A stretch of DNA of 64,000 nucleotides from NCBI GenBank assembly GCA_963806225.1, contig CAWDXG010000004.1:2368001-2432000 (forward strand), written 5' to 3'. The translations under genes and the position numbers were made by a program. The stretch is from an uncultured delta proteobacterium (GTDB lineage: Bacteria; Myxococcota_A; Polyangia; Polyangiales; Polyangiaceae). The notes beneath the pieces were generated by a model. The model was given only the letters and a program-made list of their open reading frames with translations. It did not search any database and was not told the origin of the DNA. Shown here piece after piece: positions 50,321 through 60,924 of this stretch (within the stretch, counting starts at the first letter, position 1; the number at the start of each line of letters is the position of its first letter).

Positions 50321-50572
50321 CGGCTCCCGATCTGTGCCACCGCATCGCTGCGTCGCACAACCCGGCGCACCAGCTCCTCGCGCGTCCCGACCGCGAACTT
50401 GCGCAGCACCCACATGGAGTGCCGGTACCACCCGATGACATAGTACCACGACGCCCCCCCTCTCGAGAGTCCGATCACTGTCGGGTGCCGTTCGCTCCGC
50501 GGCGCGCGGCCCAGCATCCTCGCGTTCAGCCGGCACAGCGACAGCGCGTGGCGCGCCGCCGCACTCGGCCCA

Positions 50573-52033
50573 CTACGCGCGGCGGGAGCTCGGCGGCGGC
50601 GCGTCGTCGGTACCGGCCACCGGCACCGAGATGAACCGCTGCGGCCCGCTCTCGGCGTCCCAGCGCATCAGCGACGCGACCGGCCTGCCGTCGATCTGCT
50701 GCACGACCAGGTGCGTGCGCGACGCGGGTGCGGCGGGGCTTCTGCCCTCGGGGGTTTCCTCCTCCGCCCACGCGCCAAGGTTGACGTAGGTCGCGTCGAC
50801 GCCCTCGGCGCGCTTCACCTCGGGCGCATGCGTGTGCCCCATCACTATGAAAGCCGCCGGGAAAAGCGCCGAGACCTGCGCTGCGCGCTCGCGCAACGAA
50901 GCGCTGGCATCGATGGCGCCGCGAGCGCGCCGCCACAGCCAGGCCGCAGGGACCACGAGCGAAAGTGCGACCGCGACCTCCAGCCCAAACGCCGGCGTCC
51001 AGCGCGCCGCCAGGAGCCACACCAGCGCGGCCAACGCGAGCACCGCCAGCGCCACGCGATCGAGCATCACGCCGGCGAGGATGCGGAAGATGCTGCGCGT
51101 GATCGGCGGTCGCTGCAGCGACGCCAGCGCGCGCAGCTTGACCAGACTGAGCTGCTTCGCTTCGGCGAGCAGCCCCATGCGCCGCTCGTGCTCCTGGCGG
51201 ACCCAACGCGCCGCGTCGCCGACGTGCTCGCGCCACAGCGAGATCAGCGCGGCGATGGCCACGACGAAGCGCTGCCCCAGCCTGAGCATGCCGCCCACCC
51301 CCAACTCCGCCCCGAAGCGCAGGTAGTCGAGCGCGGTCGCCGTGTCGTGGCCGGCTTCCATCATGCCGCGCGTGGGGCGCACCACGTAGCGCAAGAGGAT
51401 GTCCGAGAGCGAGCGCAGCGAGCGCTTCGGATCGCTCGGCATCACTGGATTCAGGATGTGATCGTAGGAGCAGTAGTCGTCGTACTGGTGACCATGCTCG
51501 ATATAGACGACGCCTTCCTCGTAATAGAACCATTCGGCAAACTGGACACGTCCGCGGGCCGTCGGCGCGTGCGATGCCAGGATATCGGAGAACAATGACT
51601 GGACCGGCTCCCAGTGGAAGTCGACATCGTGGTTGCCGCGTACGACCACCAGCGTGTTGCCCTCGGCGACGAAGCGCGCCAGCGCGGCGAAGACCGTATC
51701 GTGATGGGCCGCGACGCGGCGGAGCTTCTCCAGCGTGTGGTCCACGGCGCTGCCGAGCCCGTGCAGCCGCTCCTCCTCGTTCGGCTCGGTCTGGAGCTCT
51801 CCGGCCGGAGCAGAAACGCTCATGCCGACGAAATCGACCAGGTCCCCGGCGATGACCAGCCGCCATGGGCGCCCGCCCCGGGGCCGCTCGCGGTACCAGT
51901 CGAGCAGCGCCACGAGCTCGCGATCCCGCCGTAGCCCCGCCTTCCCACGCGCCGGGGCGCCCGGCCGCGCGTGCTGCACCAGGTCGCTCCCCAGGTGCAC
52001 GTCGGACAGGACAAGAAGGTTATGGGCGTTCAT
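50573..52033 (-). CDS. Calcineurin-like metallophosphoesterase with TM hairpin insertion
   Basis: SDVHLG, GDLVD, GNHD, EHGH, MGHTH, YVN.G.W motifs. Confidence 0.88.
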   Translation of the reverse strand: MNAHNLLVLSDVHLGSDLVQHARPGAPARGKAGLRRDRELVALLDWYRERPRGGRPWRLVIAGDLVDFVGMSVSAPAGELQTEPNEEERLHGLGSAVDHTLEKLRRVAAHHDTVFAALARFVAEGNTLVVVRGNHDVDFHWEPVQSLFSDILASHAPTARGRVQFAEWFYYEEGVVYIEHGHQYDDYCSYDHILNPVMPSDPKRSLRSLSDILLRYVVRPTRGMMEAGHDTATALDYLRFGAELGVGGMLRLGQRFVVAIAALISLWREHVGDAARWVRQEHERRMGLLAEAKQLSLVKLRALASLQRPPITRSIFRILAGVMLDRVALAVLALAALVWLLAARWTPAFGLEVAVALSLVVPAAWLWRRARGAIDASASLRERAAQVSALFPAAFIVMGHTHAPEVKRAEGVDATYVNLGAWAEEETPEGRSPAAPASRTHLVVQQIDGRPVASLMRWDAESGPQRFISVPVAGTDDAPPPSSRRA

Positions 52034-52210
52034 CGAGCCGGATTCCTCTGCAGACTAGTATGGATCCGCGGGGCCGTCCCGTCACGTCTCCGGCCCGGAT
52101 CCCCGGGCAGGATCCGGTCACGATCGCGTCAGGAAGCGCTCGCGCGGCGGCACGGATCTTCGCTACGCTGCCGCCCGCGGAGCGGAAATCCGCAGGAAAG
52201 GTGACCAAGC

Positions 52211-52867
52211 ATGACGATGGAGTCGATCCGTGCATCAACGGTGATCCCTGCAAGCCCCGAACGTATCTTCGCGGCGTGGATGGACGGCAGGGAGCACTCG
52301 CTCATGACCGGGGGGAAAGCGACCATGGTTGCGCGGCCCGCTGGGCGGCACACGGCGTGGGACGGCTACATCGAAGGTCGCGTCGTGATGCTCTCGCGTG
52401 GGCGCCGGATCGTGATGGACTGGCGCACGACGGATTTCCCCACGGACGCGCCGTACTCCAGGCTCGAGATCCTGCTCGCGCCGACCACGGGTGGCACGCG
52501 CCTCACGATCATCCACGCCAATATCCCGGAGGGACAGGGCGAGCGCTACCGGACAGGCTGGGAAGAGCACTACTTCGCCCCGATGCAGAAGTACTTCGAG
52601 GGACAGGCGCCGCCCACCAGGAAGAAGGCGCCCGCAAAGAAGAAGGCACCCGCGAAGAAGGCGCCCGCGCCGGTCAAGAAGGCGGCACCCGCAAAGAAGG
52701 CACCCGCAAAGAAGGCGCCGGCGCCGGTCAAGAAGGCCGCACCCGCAAAGAAGGCACCCGCAAAGAAGGCACCCGCAAAGAAGGCACCCGCGAAGAAGGC
52801 ACCCGCAAAGAAGGCGCCCGCGAAGAAGGCACCCGCAAAGAAGAAGGCCGCGGGCCGCCGGAAATAG
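52211..52867 (+). CDS. SRPBCC/AHSA1-domain protein with histone H1-like PAKKA tail
   Basis: ASPERIFAAW.D...H..MTG...RIV..WR...GT.L...H...GWEEHY, then many (PAKKA) repeats. Confidence 0.85.
   Translation: MTMESIRASTVIPASPERIFAAWMDGREHSLMTGGKATMVARPAGRHTAWDGYIEGRVVMLSRGRRIVMDWRTTDFPTDAPYSRLEILLAPTTGGTRLTIIHANIPEGQGERYRTGWEEHYFAPMQKYFEGQAPPTRKKAPAKKKAPAKKAPAPVKKAAPAKKAPAKKAPAPVKKAAPAKKAPAKKAPAKKAPAKKAPAKKAPAKKAPAKKKAAGRRK
52620..52850 (+). repeat. 15-nt coding tandem repeat (GCACCCGCAAAGAAG-like)
   Basis: Read directly; encodes APAKK units. Confidence 0.9.
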
Positions 52868-52909
52868 CCGCCGGCCCGCGCGCCGCGATCGCGTATCCTG
52901 GCAAGCGGG

Positions 52910-55183
52910 ATGGCGTCGAGAACATGGCTGGTCGTGGCAGCGGCAGCGCTGCTGTCGGCGTGCGGCTCGAACGGCGGAGGCGCGAAGCCGGGAGCAGGCA
53001 GCGACGCGGGCAGCGACGCCGCAGCTGACGCGGCCGGCGACGCCGCGGCGGAAACCGCGGGCGAGGCCGGCGACGCCGCGCCCGCCTGCGGCACGGCGGG
53101 AGGAACAATGCCCGCCGGCACCGAGCTCAGCTCGGACGACGGCACCGCGCACGGCAACATCCGCACGCAACAGTCGACCATCACCGTCGACGGCACCGAC
53201 TACAAGCTGGCCGAAGTGCCGCTGTGGGAAGCCGTGCGATTTTCGCTCGAACACCCGGCGAAGATCCTCGGCTTCCGCGTGATGTGGACCAACCTGGGGC
53301 AGGACGCCGCGCCGAGCGCCGAGCTCACCGCAGGCCTCTACGCCGACTTCGGCCACAACGGCTTCGACTTCTGGGCGCCCGATCCACTGTGGACCGGCAC
53401 GCGCTGCGCCGCCGACGTGAAGGAAGGACAGTGGACGGACTACGTGTTCGACCAGCCCGTCGTCGTCGACAGGCCCGGCCTGGTGTACGTGGCCGAGCAC
53501 TCCGCGTCACCGGGCGACCCGGTGTTTGCCTACGACAACACGACCCACGCCGACTGCACGCCCTTCGACGCCTGCCATTCCGCCTTCAACCTGCCCAAGG
53601 TGCCCGGCTACTACAACGGCGTCTCCTTCCCGTTCCAGCGCGATTTCCTGGTGCGGCTGATCGTCGAGTACACCGACGACCTGCAGCCCAAGGACACGTT
53701 CTTCCAGCAGGTGCCCGCCGGTACTGCGGGCAGCGGCAACCACATCTCGTGGGCCGACTACGACAACGACGGCTGGGACGACGCGCTCATCAGCGGCAAG
53801 CTCTTCCACAACGACCACGGCAGCTTCAGCGACGTGACCGCGAGCGCCGGGCTCGACGCGGCCGGCATCAAGCAGACGGGCGGCGTGTTCGGCGACTACG
53901 ACAACGACGGCTGCCTCGATCTCCTGCTCTTTTCCGAGGATCCGACCAGCGGCGATGCGCTCCTGCGCTCCAACTGCGACGGCAGCTTCAGCGACGTGAC
54001 CGCGGCGGCAGGCATCAGCGATCTGGAGAGCTACGAGGACTGCGGCGATCCGGCCAACACGCACGCGCCCACGGCCGCCGCCGCCTGGCTCGACATCGAC
54101 GGCGACGGCTACCTCGACCTCTACCTCGCCAATTTCATCTGCTGGGCGAAGAACACCTTCTACGTCGACACCGTCTTCCACAACAACGGCGATGGCAGCT
54201 TCAGCGAGTGGACCGGCACGCACGGCTTCTCCACCGACACCGCGCCGAGCCGCGGCGCCGCGCCGGTCGATGCCGACGGCGACGGCGACATCGACCTGTT
54301 CGTGAACGAGTACCGGCTCTGGCCCAACCGCTACTACCGGAACAACGGCGACGGCACAGTAACCGAGAACGCGCTCGCGAACGGCCTGGCGGGGCACAAG
54401 GACGGCGCCTTCCCCGGCTATTACGGCCACACCATTGGCGCGGCCTGGGGCGACCTCGACAACGACGGCGACTTCGATCTGGTCGCGGCCAATCTCGCCC
54501 ACCCGCGCTTCTTCGACTTTTCCGACAAGACCCAGATCCTGCTGAACGACGGGAAGGGCCAGTTCAAGGACATCGCCGGACCGTGGGACACACCGTTTAC
54601 GAGCGGCGCGGGCCTCAGCTACCAGGAAACGTACTCGGTACCCGCGCTCGCCGACTTCAACGAGGACGGCAACCTCGATCTGGTGATCACCGCCATCTAC
54701 GACGGGCGCCCCACCGACTTCTACTGGGGCAACGGCGACGGCACGTTCAGGCTCGACTCGTACCACGCCGGCATCACCATCAAGAACGGCTGGGGCATCG
54801 CCACCGCCGACTACGACAACGACGGCGACCCCGACGTCTTCGCCACCCACCTGTTCGAAAACCAGCTGTTCGCCTCGAAGAAGGGCCACTGGCTCGAAGT
54901 GCGCGTCGTCGGCAACGCCGGCTCGAACTGGGCCGCCATCGGGGCGACCGTCCGTGTGGATTCAGGCGGCAAGCTCTGGCTCCGCCAGGTCCAGGGCGGC
55001 ACGGGCAAGGGCGGGCAGGATTCGCTCACGTTGAACTTTGGTCTGGGCAGCGTGACCAGCGCCGACGACATCGTCGTTACGTTCCCCGGTGGAAAAGAGG
55101 TCACCTTCGCGGGGCCGATCGCCGTCGATCGGCGTTGGTGGCTTTCCGAAGACGCGACGAAGAAGAGCGGCTGGGTGCCGTAG
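52910..55183 (+). CDS. CRTAC1-like FG-GAP / ASPIC-UnbV lipoprotein
   Basis: LSAC lipobox; repeated DYDNDG.xD; C-terminal WLEVR..G..SN..AIGA.V...Q...G.G...Q....FGLG. Confidence 0.88.
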   Translation: MASRTWLVVAAAALLSACGSNGGGAKPGAGSDAGSDAAADAAGDAAAETAGEAGDAAPACGTAGGTMPAGTELSSDDGTAHGNIRTQQSTITVDGTDYKLAEVPLWEAVRFSLEHPAKILGFRVMWTNLGQDAAPSAELTAGLYADFGHNGFDFWAPDPLWTGTRCAADVKEGQWTDYVFDQPVVVDRPGLVYVAEHSASPGDPVFAYDNTTHADCTPFDACHSAFNLPKVPGYYNGVSFPFQRDFLVRLIVEYTDDLQPKDTFFQQVPAGTAGSGNHISWADYDNDGWDDALISGKLFHNDHGSFSDVTASAGLDAAGIKQTGGVFGDYDNDGCLDLLLFSEDPTSGDALLRSNCDGSFSDVTAAAGISDLESYEDCGDPANTHAPTAAAAWLDIDGDGYLDLYLANFICWAKNTFYVDTVFHNNGDGSFSEWTGTHGFSTDTAPSRGAAPVDADGDGDIDLFVNEYRLWPNRYYRNNGDGTVTENALANGLAGHKDGAFPGYYGHTIGAAWGDLDNDGDFDLVAANLAHPRFFDFSDKTQILLNDGKGQFKDIAGPWDTPFTSGAGLSYQETYSVPALADFNEDGNLDLVITAIYDGRPTDFYWGNGDGTFRLDSYHAGITIKNGWGIATADYDNDGDPDVFATHLFENQLFASKKGHWLEVRVVGNAGSNWAAIGATVRVDSGGKLWLRQVQGGTGKGGQDSLTLNFGLGSVTSADDIVVTFPGGKEVTFAGPIAVDRRWWLSEDATKKSGWVP

Positions 55184-55505
55184 GGGCAGCGGGAGATGAC
55201 CGCGCGCAACGCGGAAACTCCTTCACGCTGCTGACAGGTCACGGCGGGCGGGATATCCTGCGCGGCATGAGGCGCGTGCATCCGGGACGGGAGCGCGCAG
55301 GTGGGGATGGAGTGGGACTTTTCGAAGGGCGACAGCATCAAGCTGGAAGTGCCGAAGCGCAAGCAGGACGGCGCCGCCGTGGCGATCGATCTCTCGTACG
55401 CCACGCCGGACGTCTGGACGAGGAAAGCGATCAAGAAGAGCCCCGCGCTCGGCAAGGGGCTGTAGCCCGCGCGCGCGGGACGCTGACCGCAGCGAGGCGC
55501 GACAC

Positions 55506-55886
55506 ATGCCCCTCCCCGTCGTTCTGTTCTGCCGGTGGCTCGCGCGGCTTCTGTGGAAGCCCAAGCCCACGCGACAAGTTGCTGGTCTGCCAGCGTCCGT
55601 CGCTGGGCGCATCCGGCCTTCGCTCGAGGCCCTGGCGCCGGACACACCTGCAAACGTAGCGGAGGAGATCCGGCAGGAGGTCGAGGACGCCCTGCGTGAG
55701 TGCCTGCACGAGCGCGGCGTGGCCGCCGACGCCTATCGGCTCGTGATCGGGGCCGATCCGCTCATCACGGCGCGGATCGTGTGCGTGGCGGACAGCCGTT
55801 CATGGGCCATCGAGCACTTCGATGATTTCCTCGACTTCGGCCTGCACGACGAGGGTTCGGCGAGCGACGACAGCGACGCGCCGTAG
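55506..55886 (+). CDS. Hypothetical protein
   Basis: 126 aa ORF after GAGG, protein-like composition. Confidence 0.45.
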   Translation: MPLPVVLFCRWLARLLWKPKPTRQVAGLPASVAGRIRPSLEALAPDTPANVAEEIRQEVEDALRECLHERGVAADAYRLVIGADPLITARIVCVADSRSWAIEHFDDFLDFGLHDEGSASDDSDAP

Positions 55887-55911
55887 GCGTAGCATCTGGA
55901 CTACTATTCGA

Positions 55912-56746
55912 TACCCACGTGGGTCGGCGCGGATCGGAAACGCGAATCGCCCTGTCCGACAGTCTGCACAGCGCTGCACGCAGTAGCGCCCGTCGTCCGC
56001 GCCCACGTGGGTCCGCACGCTGTCGAGCGCGCGGCGCGCTTCGCGCTCTGAGTAGCCAAGGCGGGTCAGAGCGCGGAAGGCGCGAGCTCTGCTGTCGGCG
56101 GCGGGGGGCGACGCGACTTCGCCGTAGCTGGAGCCGTCGGCGTGGCGGAAGCTGAAGCCGCGCGAGGCGCTGCCTTCGATGAGCAAGCGGCCGCGGTGCA
56201 CGGCGCGGTGGTGCGAAGCGCTGGAGCAGCTGCCCGCGCGCAGTCTCTCCAGCGTGGCGCGCGGGCTGTGGCCGAGCAGGCGCTCGGCGTATTCGACGAA
56301 GCTGCCGAAGCCGAGCCGCGCGTGCACCTGCTGTCGCCAGGCGACCAGCAGCCAGCGGCCTTCCTCGTGATCGAGCGCAGCGCGCGCCTTGGCGATGCGC
56401 GAAAGCTCCGCGTGCGCGCGCTTCCAGGTCGTTTCCATGGGTTCCCTCCGCGTGTTTGTGTACCACGGGGTTTCGAGGCGCCGTGTGCGGCGCGTTGGCG
56501 CGCGTTCGCGGATGCGATCGCGATTTTCGTCGTCCTGCGTGCGAAGCGCGCTGTGCGCGGCAAGCGGAAGGCGCTGCGCAGCGACACCAAGCGGAGCGGT
56601 GATCGCAACGCGCGTGTGGGTCGAGATCGTGTCAAATGGAAACGACGCGCGTGGGTCGATTTCCTGCCGCGCGGCGACGCGCGCATTCCTGCACTACCCA
56701 CGTGGGCACGCGCACGCGCCGCGCGTGGGCACGTGCACGCGCCGCG
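55912..56746 (-). mobile_element. Decayed HNH-endonuclease (DUF222-like) element with CCCACGTGGG palindromes
   Basis: ORF from 56438 joins an N-terminal HxxLGFGSFVEYAERLLG block directly to an HNH tail (HHRAVHRGRL.I.G) and a RuvA-C-like ALTRLGYSEREARRA. Palindromes at 55914, 56002 and 56697. Confidence 0.55.
56701..56746 (+). repeat. 23-nt tandem duplication
   Basis: cgtgggcacgcgcacgcgccgcg / cgtgggcacgtgcacgcgccgcg. Confidence 0.8.
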
Positions 56747-56965
56747 CACCGCGCGTCACTCCCGCCGCGCATCACGCCCTCGAAAAGCGCCGTCATCAGG
56801 GCGCGCCGAGCCGGCGGTGTCGCGCCGATACCAACGGGCCCCAGCGGCTGCCAGGACCCCCGGGACCCGATCCCACGCGCGACAAGGACGCGGCAACCGC
56901 GCGCCACGCCGTCCGGTGCTACCCTTGGCCCAGCTCGCGCACGCGGCGGGCCCACGGGGGGTGGG

Positions 56966-57730
56966 ATGGACGCGCAGGATATCTTCAGTTCCGGGAGCGT
57001 GCGCTCGCTGTTCGACGAGATGGCGGCGTCGTACGGGGTCGTGAACCTGCTGTCGTCGTTCGGGCTTTCCTGGTGGTGGCGGCGACAGGTGCTCCGGCGC
57101 GTGACGATCCACGACGGCGCGCGCGTGGCGGATCTGATGTCGGGCATGGGCGAGCTGTGGCCGGCGCTGTTGCGGCGCATCGGCCGCGGCCGGCTCGTCG
57201 CCATCGACATCTCTTCGAGCATGTCCCGACGCGCGCAACGCCGCTGGGCGCGGCGCAGCCGCGCGATCGAGTTCCACGTGACGGATGTGCTGCGCGCACC
57301 GCTGGAGCCGGGCTCGCTGGATGTGGTCGTGTCCTCGTTCGGGCTGAAGACCTTCAACGCCGCGCAGCTGGATCGGCTGGCGCAGCTGATCGCCCGCGCG
57401 CTCTGTCCCGGCGGGCAGTTCTCGCTGATCGAGATCTCGCTGCCGCCGAACCGCTGGCTGCGCGCGCTGTACCTGTTCCACCTGGACCGGGTGATCCCGC
57501 TGCTCGGCCGTCTGTTCCTCGGCAACCCGGCCAACTACCGCATGCTCGGCGTGTACACGCGCGAGTTCGAGAGCGCCCGCCTCGTCGAAGAGAAGCTGCG
57601 CGCCCGGGGGCTCGAGGTCAGCTACCAGAGCCACTTTTTCGGCTGCGCAACCAGCGTTGCGGGTCGGAAGCCCGCGCCGAAGGCGGGCGGCGCGCCGGCC
57701 CTGGGCCCCGCGCTCCCCCACAGCGGTTGA
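56966..57730 (+). CDS. Class I SAM-dependent methyltransferase (UbiE/MenG-like)
   Basis: LFDEMAASY..VN.L.SFG....WRR, VADLMSGMG, IDIS..M, SSFGLK, L.PGG. Confidence 0.85.
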   Translation: MDAQDIFSSGSVRSLFDEMAASYGVVNLLSSFGLSWWWRRQVLRRVTIHDGARVADLMSGMGELWPALLRRIGRGRLVAIDISSSMSRRAQRRWARRSRAIEFHVTDVLRAPLEPGSLDVVVSSFGLKTFNAAQLDRLAQLIARALCPGGQFSLIEISLPPNRWLRALYLFHLDRVIPLLGRLFLGNPANYRMLGVYTREFESARLVEEKLRARGLEVSYQSHFFGCATSVAGRKPAPKAGGAPALGPALPHSG

Positions 57731-57836
57731 GCGAATTCGTGACCCTGCCCGGGAACCCCAGCCCCCCGGCGGGTGTCCTGACGGGTATCGAACGACATCG
57801 CCGCTGATTCACCATCCAGCGAGAGCGAGGAGAACC

Positions 57837-59984
57837 GTGACCCGACTTCGTCTATCGGTCGTGACCGCGACCGCCGTGTCCCTGTGCGCCCTGACTGCGG
57901 GCGCACAACCGAAAGCCGCGCACAAGAAGGCCGCCGCCAAGGCGCCGGCCGTGCTGCCGCTGCGTCGGGTGCGCCTGTACGAGAACGGCATCGGCTACTT
58001 CGAGCGCCGGGGCGTGCTCGCTTCAGGTGACGTGGGTCTGCCGGTGCCCGCCGGACATCTGGACGACGCGCTGAAATCGCTGGTCGTGCTGGGCAGCGGC
58101 AAGGGCACGAAGGTGTCGGGCGTGGAGTTCAAGAGCAGCGTGAGCCGCAGCATGGCGACGGCGCTGGCCGGTCTGCCGGGAAACGGGCCGCTCGGCTTCA
58201 AGGCGCTCCTGGGAACGCTGAAGGGCGCGTCGGTGCAGCTGGAGACGCACGGCAAGACAGTGCACGGGCGGCTGGTAGACGTACTGGAGCCGAAACAGAG
58301 CAGCCTGGCGCGCTGCGAAGCGCCAGCCGGCAGCAAGACGAAGGCGCCCTGCGTGATGGTCAAGCAGAGCACGGTGGTGCTGCTCACCGACAAGCGCGAG
58401 ATCCGCCGCTTCGCGCTCGGCGACGTGAGCGGCGTGCGGCCGACCGATCCGGCCTTCGCGTCGCGGCTCGAAGCGGCGCTGGGTGCGCTGTCGGACCACG
58501 GCGCGCAGACCCGGAAGACGCTGCACGTCTCGGCCAGCAGCCAGAGCCCGGTCACGCTCGGCTACATCGCCGAGGCGCCCATCTGGCGCTCGACCTACCG
58601 GGTGGTGCTCGAACAGAAGGGCCACGAGGGCGTGCTCCAGGGCTGGGCGCTGATCCACAACGACACCGACGAGGACTGGAAGCGCGTGGCCGTCGATCTT
58701 GTCAACGGCCGGCCCGACTCGTTCCTGTTCCCGCTAGCGGGCCCGCGCTATGCGCGGCGCAAGCTGGTGACACCGAAGCGCCAGCTGTCGAGCGTGCCGC
58801 AGCTGCTCGACAAGACAGTCGACAACATGTGGACCGGCGAGAGCGGCTCGGCGGAAGGCGCCATGGGCCTCGCCGGAACCGGCTCGGGCGGCGGCGGGTA
58901 CGGCGAGGGGATCGGTCTCGGCAGCATCGGAACCGTCGGCTACGGCGCCGGCCGGGGCGGTCCGGGCGCGAGCTCGCTCTTGTCGGTCGGCAACCTGGCC
59001 GGAATCGAGCAGGCCGACGGCGCCGAGAACGGCGCGCTGTTCCGCTATACCCTGCCCCACCCCATCGATCTGCACGCGCACAGCTCGGGACTGGTTCCGT
59101 TCATGCAGGGCACGGTGCCGGCCGAGCGCATCGCATGGTTCAGGAAGCCGGGGGCGACGGCGCGCAGCGCGCTCCGACTGGTGAACAAGACGCGCCAGAC
59201 GCTGCCGCCGGGCCCCGTCTCGGTGTTCGCCGACGGCGGGTTTGCCGGCGAGTCCGCAATCTCGCGCACCAAGCCGAGCGAAGTGCGTTTCATCCGCTTC
59301 GGGCTCGACCTGGACGTGGAGCTCGACGTCGCCCACCGGAAGGCGACAGACGAGCCGCGGCTGATGTCGTTCCAGAACGACCGCCTGGTGGAACACTTCG
59401 TGCGCCACAGCGTCGTCACGTACAGCATCGACAACCGCAGCCGGAGCGGGCGCGCCGTGTACCTCGGGCTCGACGTGGTGAACAACGCCCGCGTGCGCGG
59501 CGCGGACTCGCTCGATTTCGACCACGAGGGGGGCCGCGCGCTCGCGGTCTTCCATGTCGGCGCGCACAAGCAGATCGACAAGACGTTGAAGATCGACGAG
59601 GGCCTGAGCCGTGGCCACGCCTTCTCGACCCTGGAATCGCCGACGCTCGCGAAGTGGGCGAAGTCGCCGCTGCTGCCGAAAGCCCAGCGCACAGCACTGA
59701 AGAAGGCGTCGGACTATCTCGTGCAGGCCGAGGTGCGCCGCGGCGCCATCTCCGCTCGCAAGGCCGACCTGGGACGGGTCAAGCAGCGGATCGTCGAGCT
59801 CAGGGAGAACGTGAAGGCGCTGGGCGAGGCGCACGCATCGGGAACCGACCGCATGAGCCAGCGGCTGCTCGACGCACAGGACCAGGCCGACAAGCTCGAA
59901 AAGCGCGCCCGCGACCTGGAAACGGAAGCCCGCGAGAAGGACAACCTCGCCCGGGCCGCGCTCTCCGCGCTCCCGCACGGCTGA
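57837..59984 (+). CDS. DUF4139-domain secreted protein
   Basis: Signal peptide; VRLYENGIGYFER, LDDALKSL, P.WR.TYR, LQGWALIHN.T.EDW, LPPGP; C-terminal coiled coil. Confidence 0.8.
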   Translation: MTRLRLSVVTATAVSLCALTAGAQPKAAHKKAAAKAPAVLPLRRVRLYENGIGYFERRGVLASGDVGLPVPAGHLDDALKSLVVLGSGKGTKVSGVEFKSSVSRSMATALAGLPGNGPLGFKALLGTLKGASVQLETHGKTVHGRLVDVLEPKQSSLARCEAPAGSKTKAPCVMVKQSTVVLLTDKREIRRFALGDVSGVRPTDPAFASRLEAALGALSDHGAQTRKTLHVSASSQSPVTLGYIAEAPIWRSTYRVVLEQKGHEGVLQGWALIHNDTDEDWKRVAVDLVNGRPDSFLFPLAGPRYARRKLVTPKRQLSSVPQLLDKTVDNMWTGESGSAEGAMGLAGTGSGGGGYGEGIGLGSIGTVGYGAGRGGPGASSLLSVGNLAGIEQADGAENGALFRYTLPHPIDLHAHSSGLVPFMQGTVPAERIAWFRKPGATARSALRLVNKTRQTLPPGPVSVFADGGFAGESAISRTKPSEVRFIRFGLDLDVELDVAHRKATDEPRLMSFQNDRLVEHFVRHSVVTYSIDNRSRSGRAVYLGLDVVNNARVRGADSLDFDHEGGRALAVFHVGAHKQIDKTLKIDEGLSRGHAFSTLESPTLAKWAKSPLLPKAQRTALKKASDYLVQAEVRRGAISARKADLGRVKQRIVELRENVKALGEAHASGTDRMSQRLLDAQDQADKLEKRARDLETEAREKDNLARAALSALPHG

Positions 59985-60065
59985 CGGGGTTGACGGCCAA
60001 AGCGACCGGGACAAGACTGCCGCCCTGCCGCGCCGGAACAGCGCGGCAGGGAGCCGCCTGACGAC

Positions 60066-60326
60066 ATGGGACTTCTACCGGCAGTCATCACTTTCGGCGT
60101 GTACAGCCTGGGCTGTCTTCTGGTCGTGCTCTACAAGATGGCCCGCGACGAGGACATGGCGACCGCCTTCCTGGGCCTGTCGGTCGTGTACGCCTTCGTG
60201 TGGGGCTGGCGGAACGCCGAGACGGAATACGTCGGGCGCGTGTCGCTCCGCGCGGTGATGAGCACGTGGAGCTGGTGCATGGGCGCCATGCTCTTCTACT
60301 GGCTCATCATGGCGCCGAAGGGCTGA
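60066..60326 (+). CDS. Small membrane protein
   Basis: 86 aa, three hydrophobic segments, AFVWGW. Confidence 0.55.
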   Translation: MGLLPAVITFGVYSLGCLLVVLYKMARDEDMATAFLGLSVVYAFVWGWRNAETEYVGRVSLRAVMSTWSWCMGAMLFYWLIMAPKG

Positions 60327-60333
60327 GCCCGCC

Positions 60334-60864
60334 CTACTGGCACTTGCCGGCGTTGCACGTCGCCGATGCGGTGCAGCCACCGCCGGTCGCGGGAATGCAC
60401 ATGTCGCTCGGGTTCGGGGCGGACCAGTTCCTGACGCTGGTCCGGATCTCGGTGACTGCACCCAGATCGGCTTCGGTGCAGCCCCACAGGATGACATGGC
60501 AATCGACGTCCCGGAGCAGGAACGCGAACCCATACGGCTGCTGCTCCAGACCCTGTTCGGGGATGATCGGCTGATCGGGCTTGACGCTCTGGCGCTGCAT
60601 GGCCAGCGACAGATCCCCCGCGGAGAGCACGCTGTCGGGCGGACACTGCTTGTCGAACACCGCCGCCTCCAGCACGGCCGCCGAGGCAGCCAGATTGCAC
60701 GGATCCACGAGCGTCCACTTGCTCTGGCAGCCGGCGGGTTTGCGTGAGTCCTCCACGCACACGCCAAGCCCCCCATCGCCGGGCGACGGGCTCGCCTCCC
60801 TGCCGCCGCACGCGGCGAAAAGCGGAAGAGCCAACGCGAAGCAGACGATCCCGCGACGACGCAT
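60334..60864 (-). CDS. Cys-containing lipoprotein (host gene of the intron)
   Basis: MRRRGIVCFALALPLFAAC lipobox; its ATG is formed by the last bases of the intron. Confidence 0.75.
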   Translation of the reverse strand: MRRRGIVCFALALPLFAACGGREASPSPGDGGLGVCVEDSRKPAGCQSKWTLVDPCNLAASAAVLEAAVFDKQCPPDSVLSAGDLSLAMQRQSVKPDQPIIPEQGLEQQPYGFAFLLRDVDCHVILWGCTEADLGAVTEIRTSVRNWSAPNPSDMCIPATGGGCTASATCNAGKCQ

Positions 60865-60924
60865 TGGTAGATCCTTCTATCCTTTCTCCGCCGGAGCGAA
60901 GGGAAAGAGAGCAAGACCCCCTTT

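Noticed and set aside
50317..50440. Minus-strand VLRKFAVGTREELVRR resembling a LuxR HTH end
   Set aside because: Too short and lacks the preceding helices; at best a remnant.
55307..55465. 52-aa ORF MEWDFSKGDSIKLEVPKRK...
   Set aside because: Codon usage looks coding, but it is short with an in-frame stop just upstream; probably a gene fragment and cannot be assigned.
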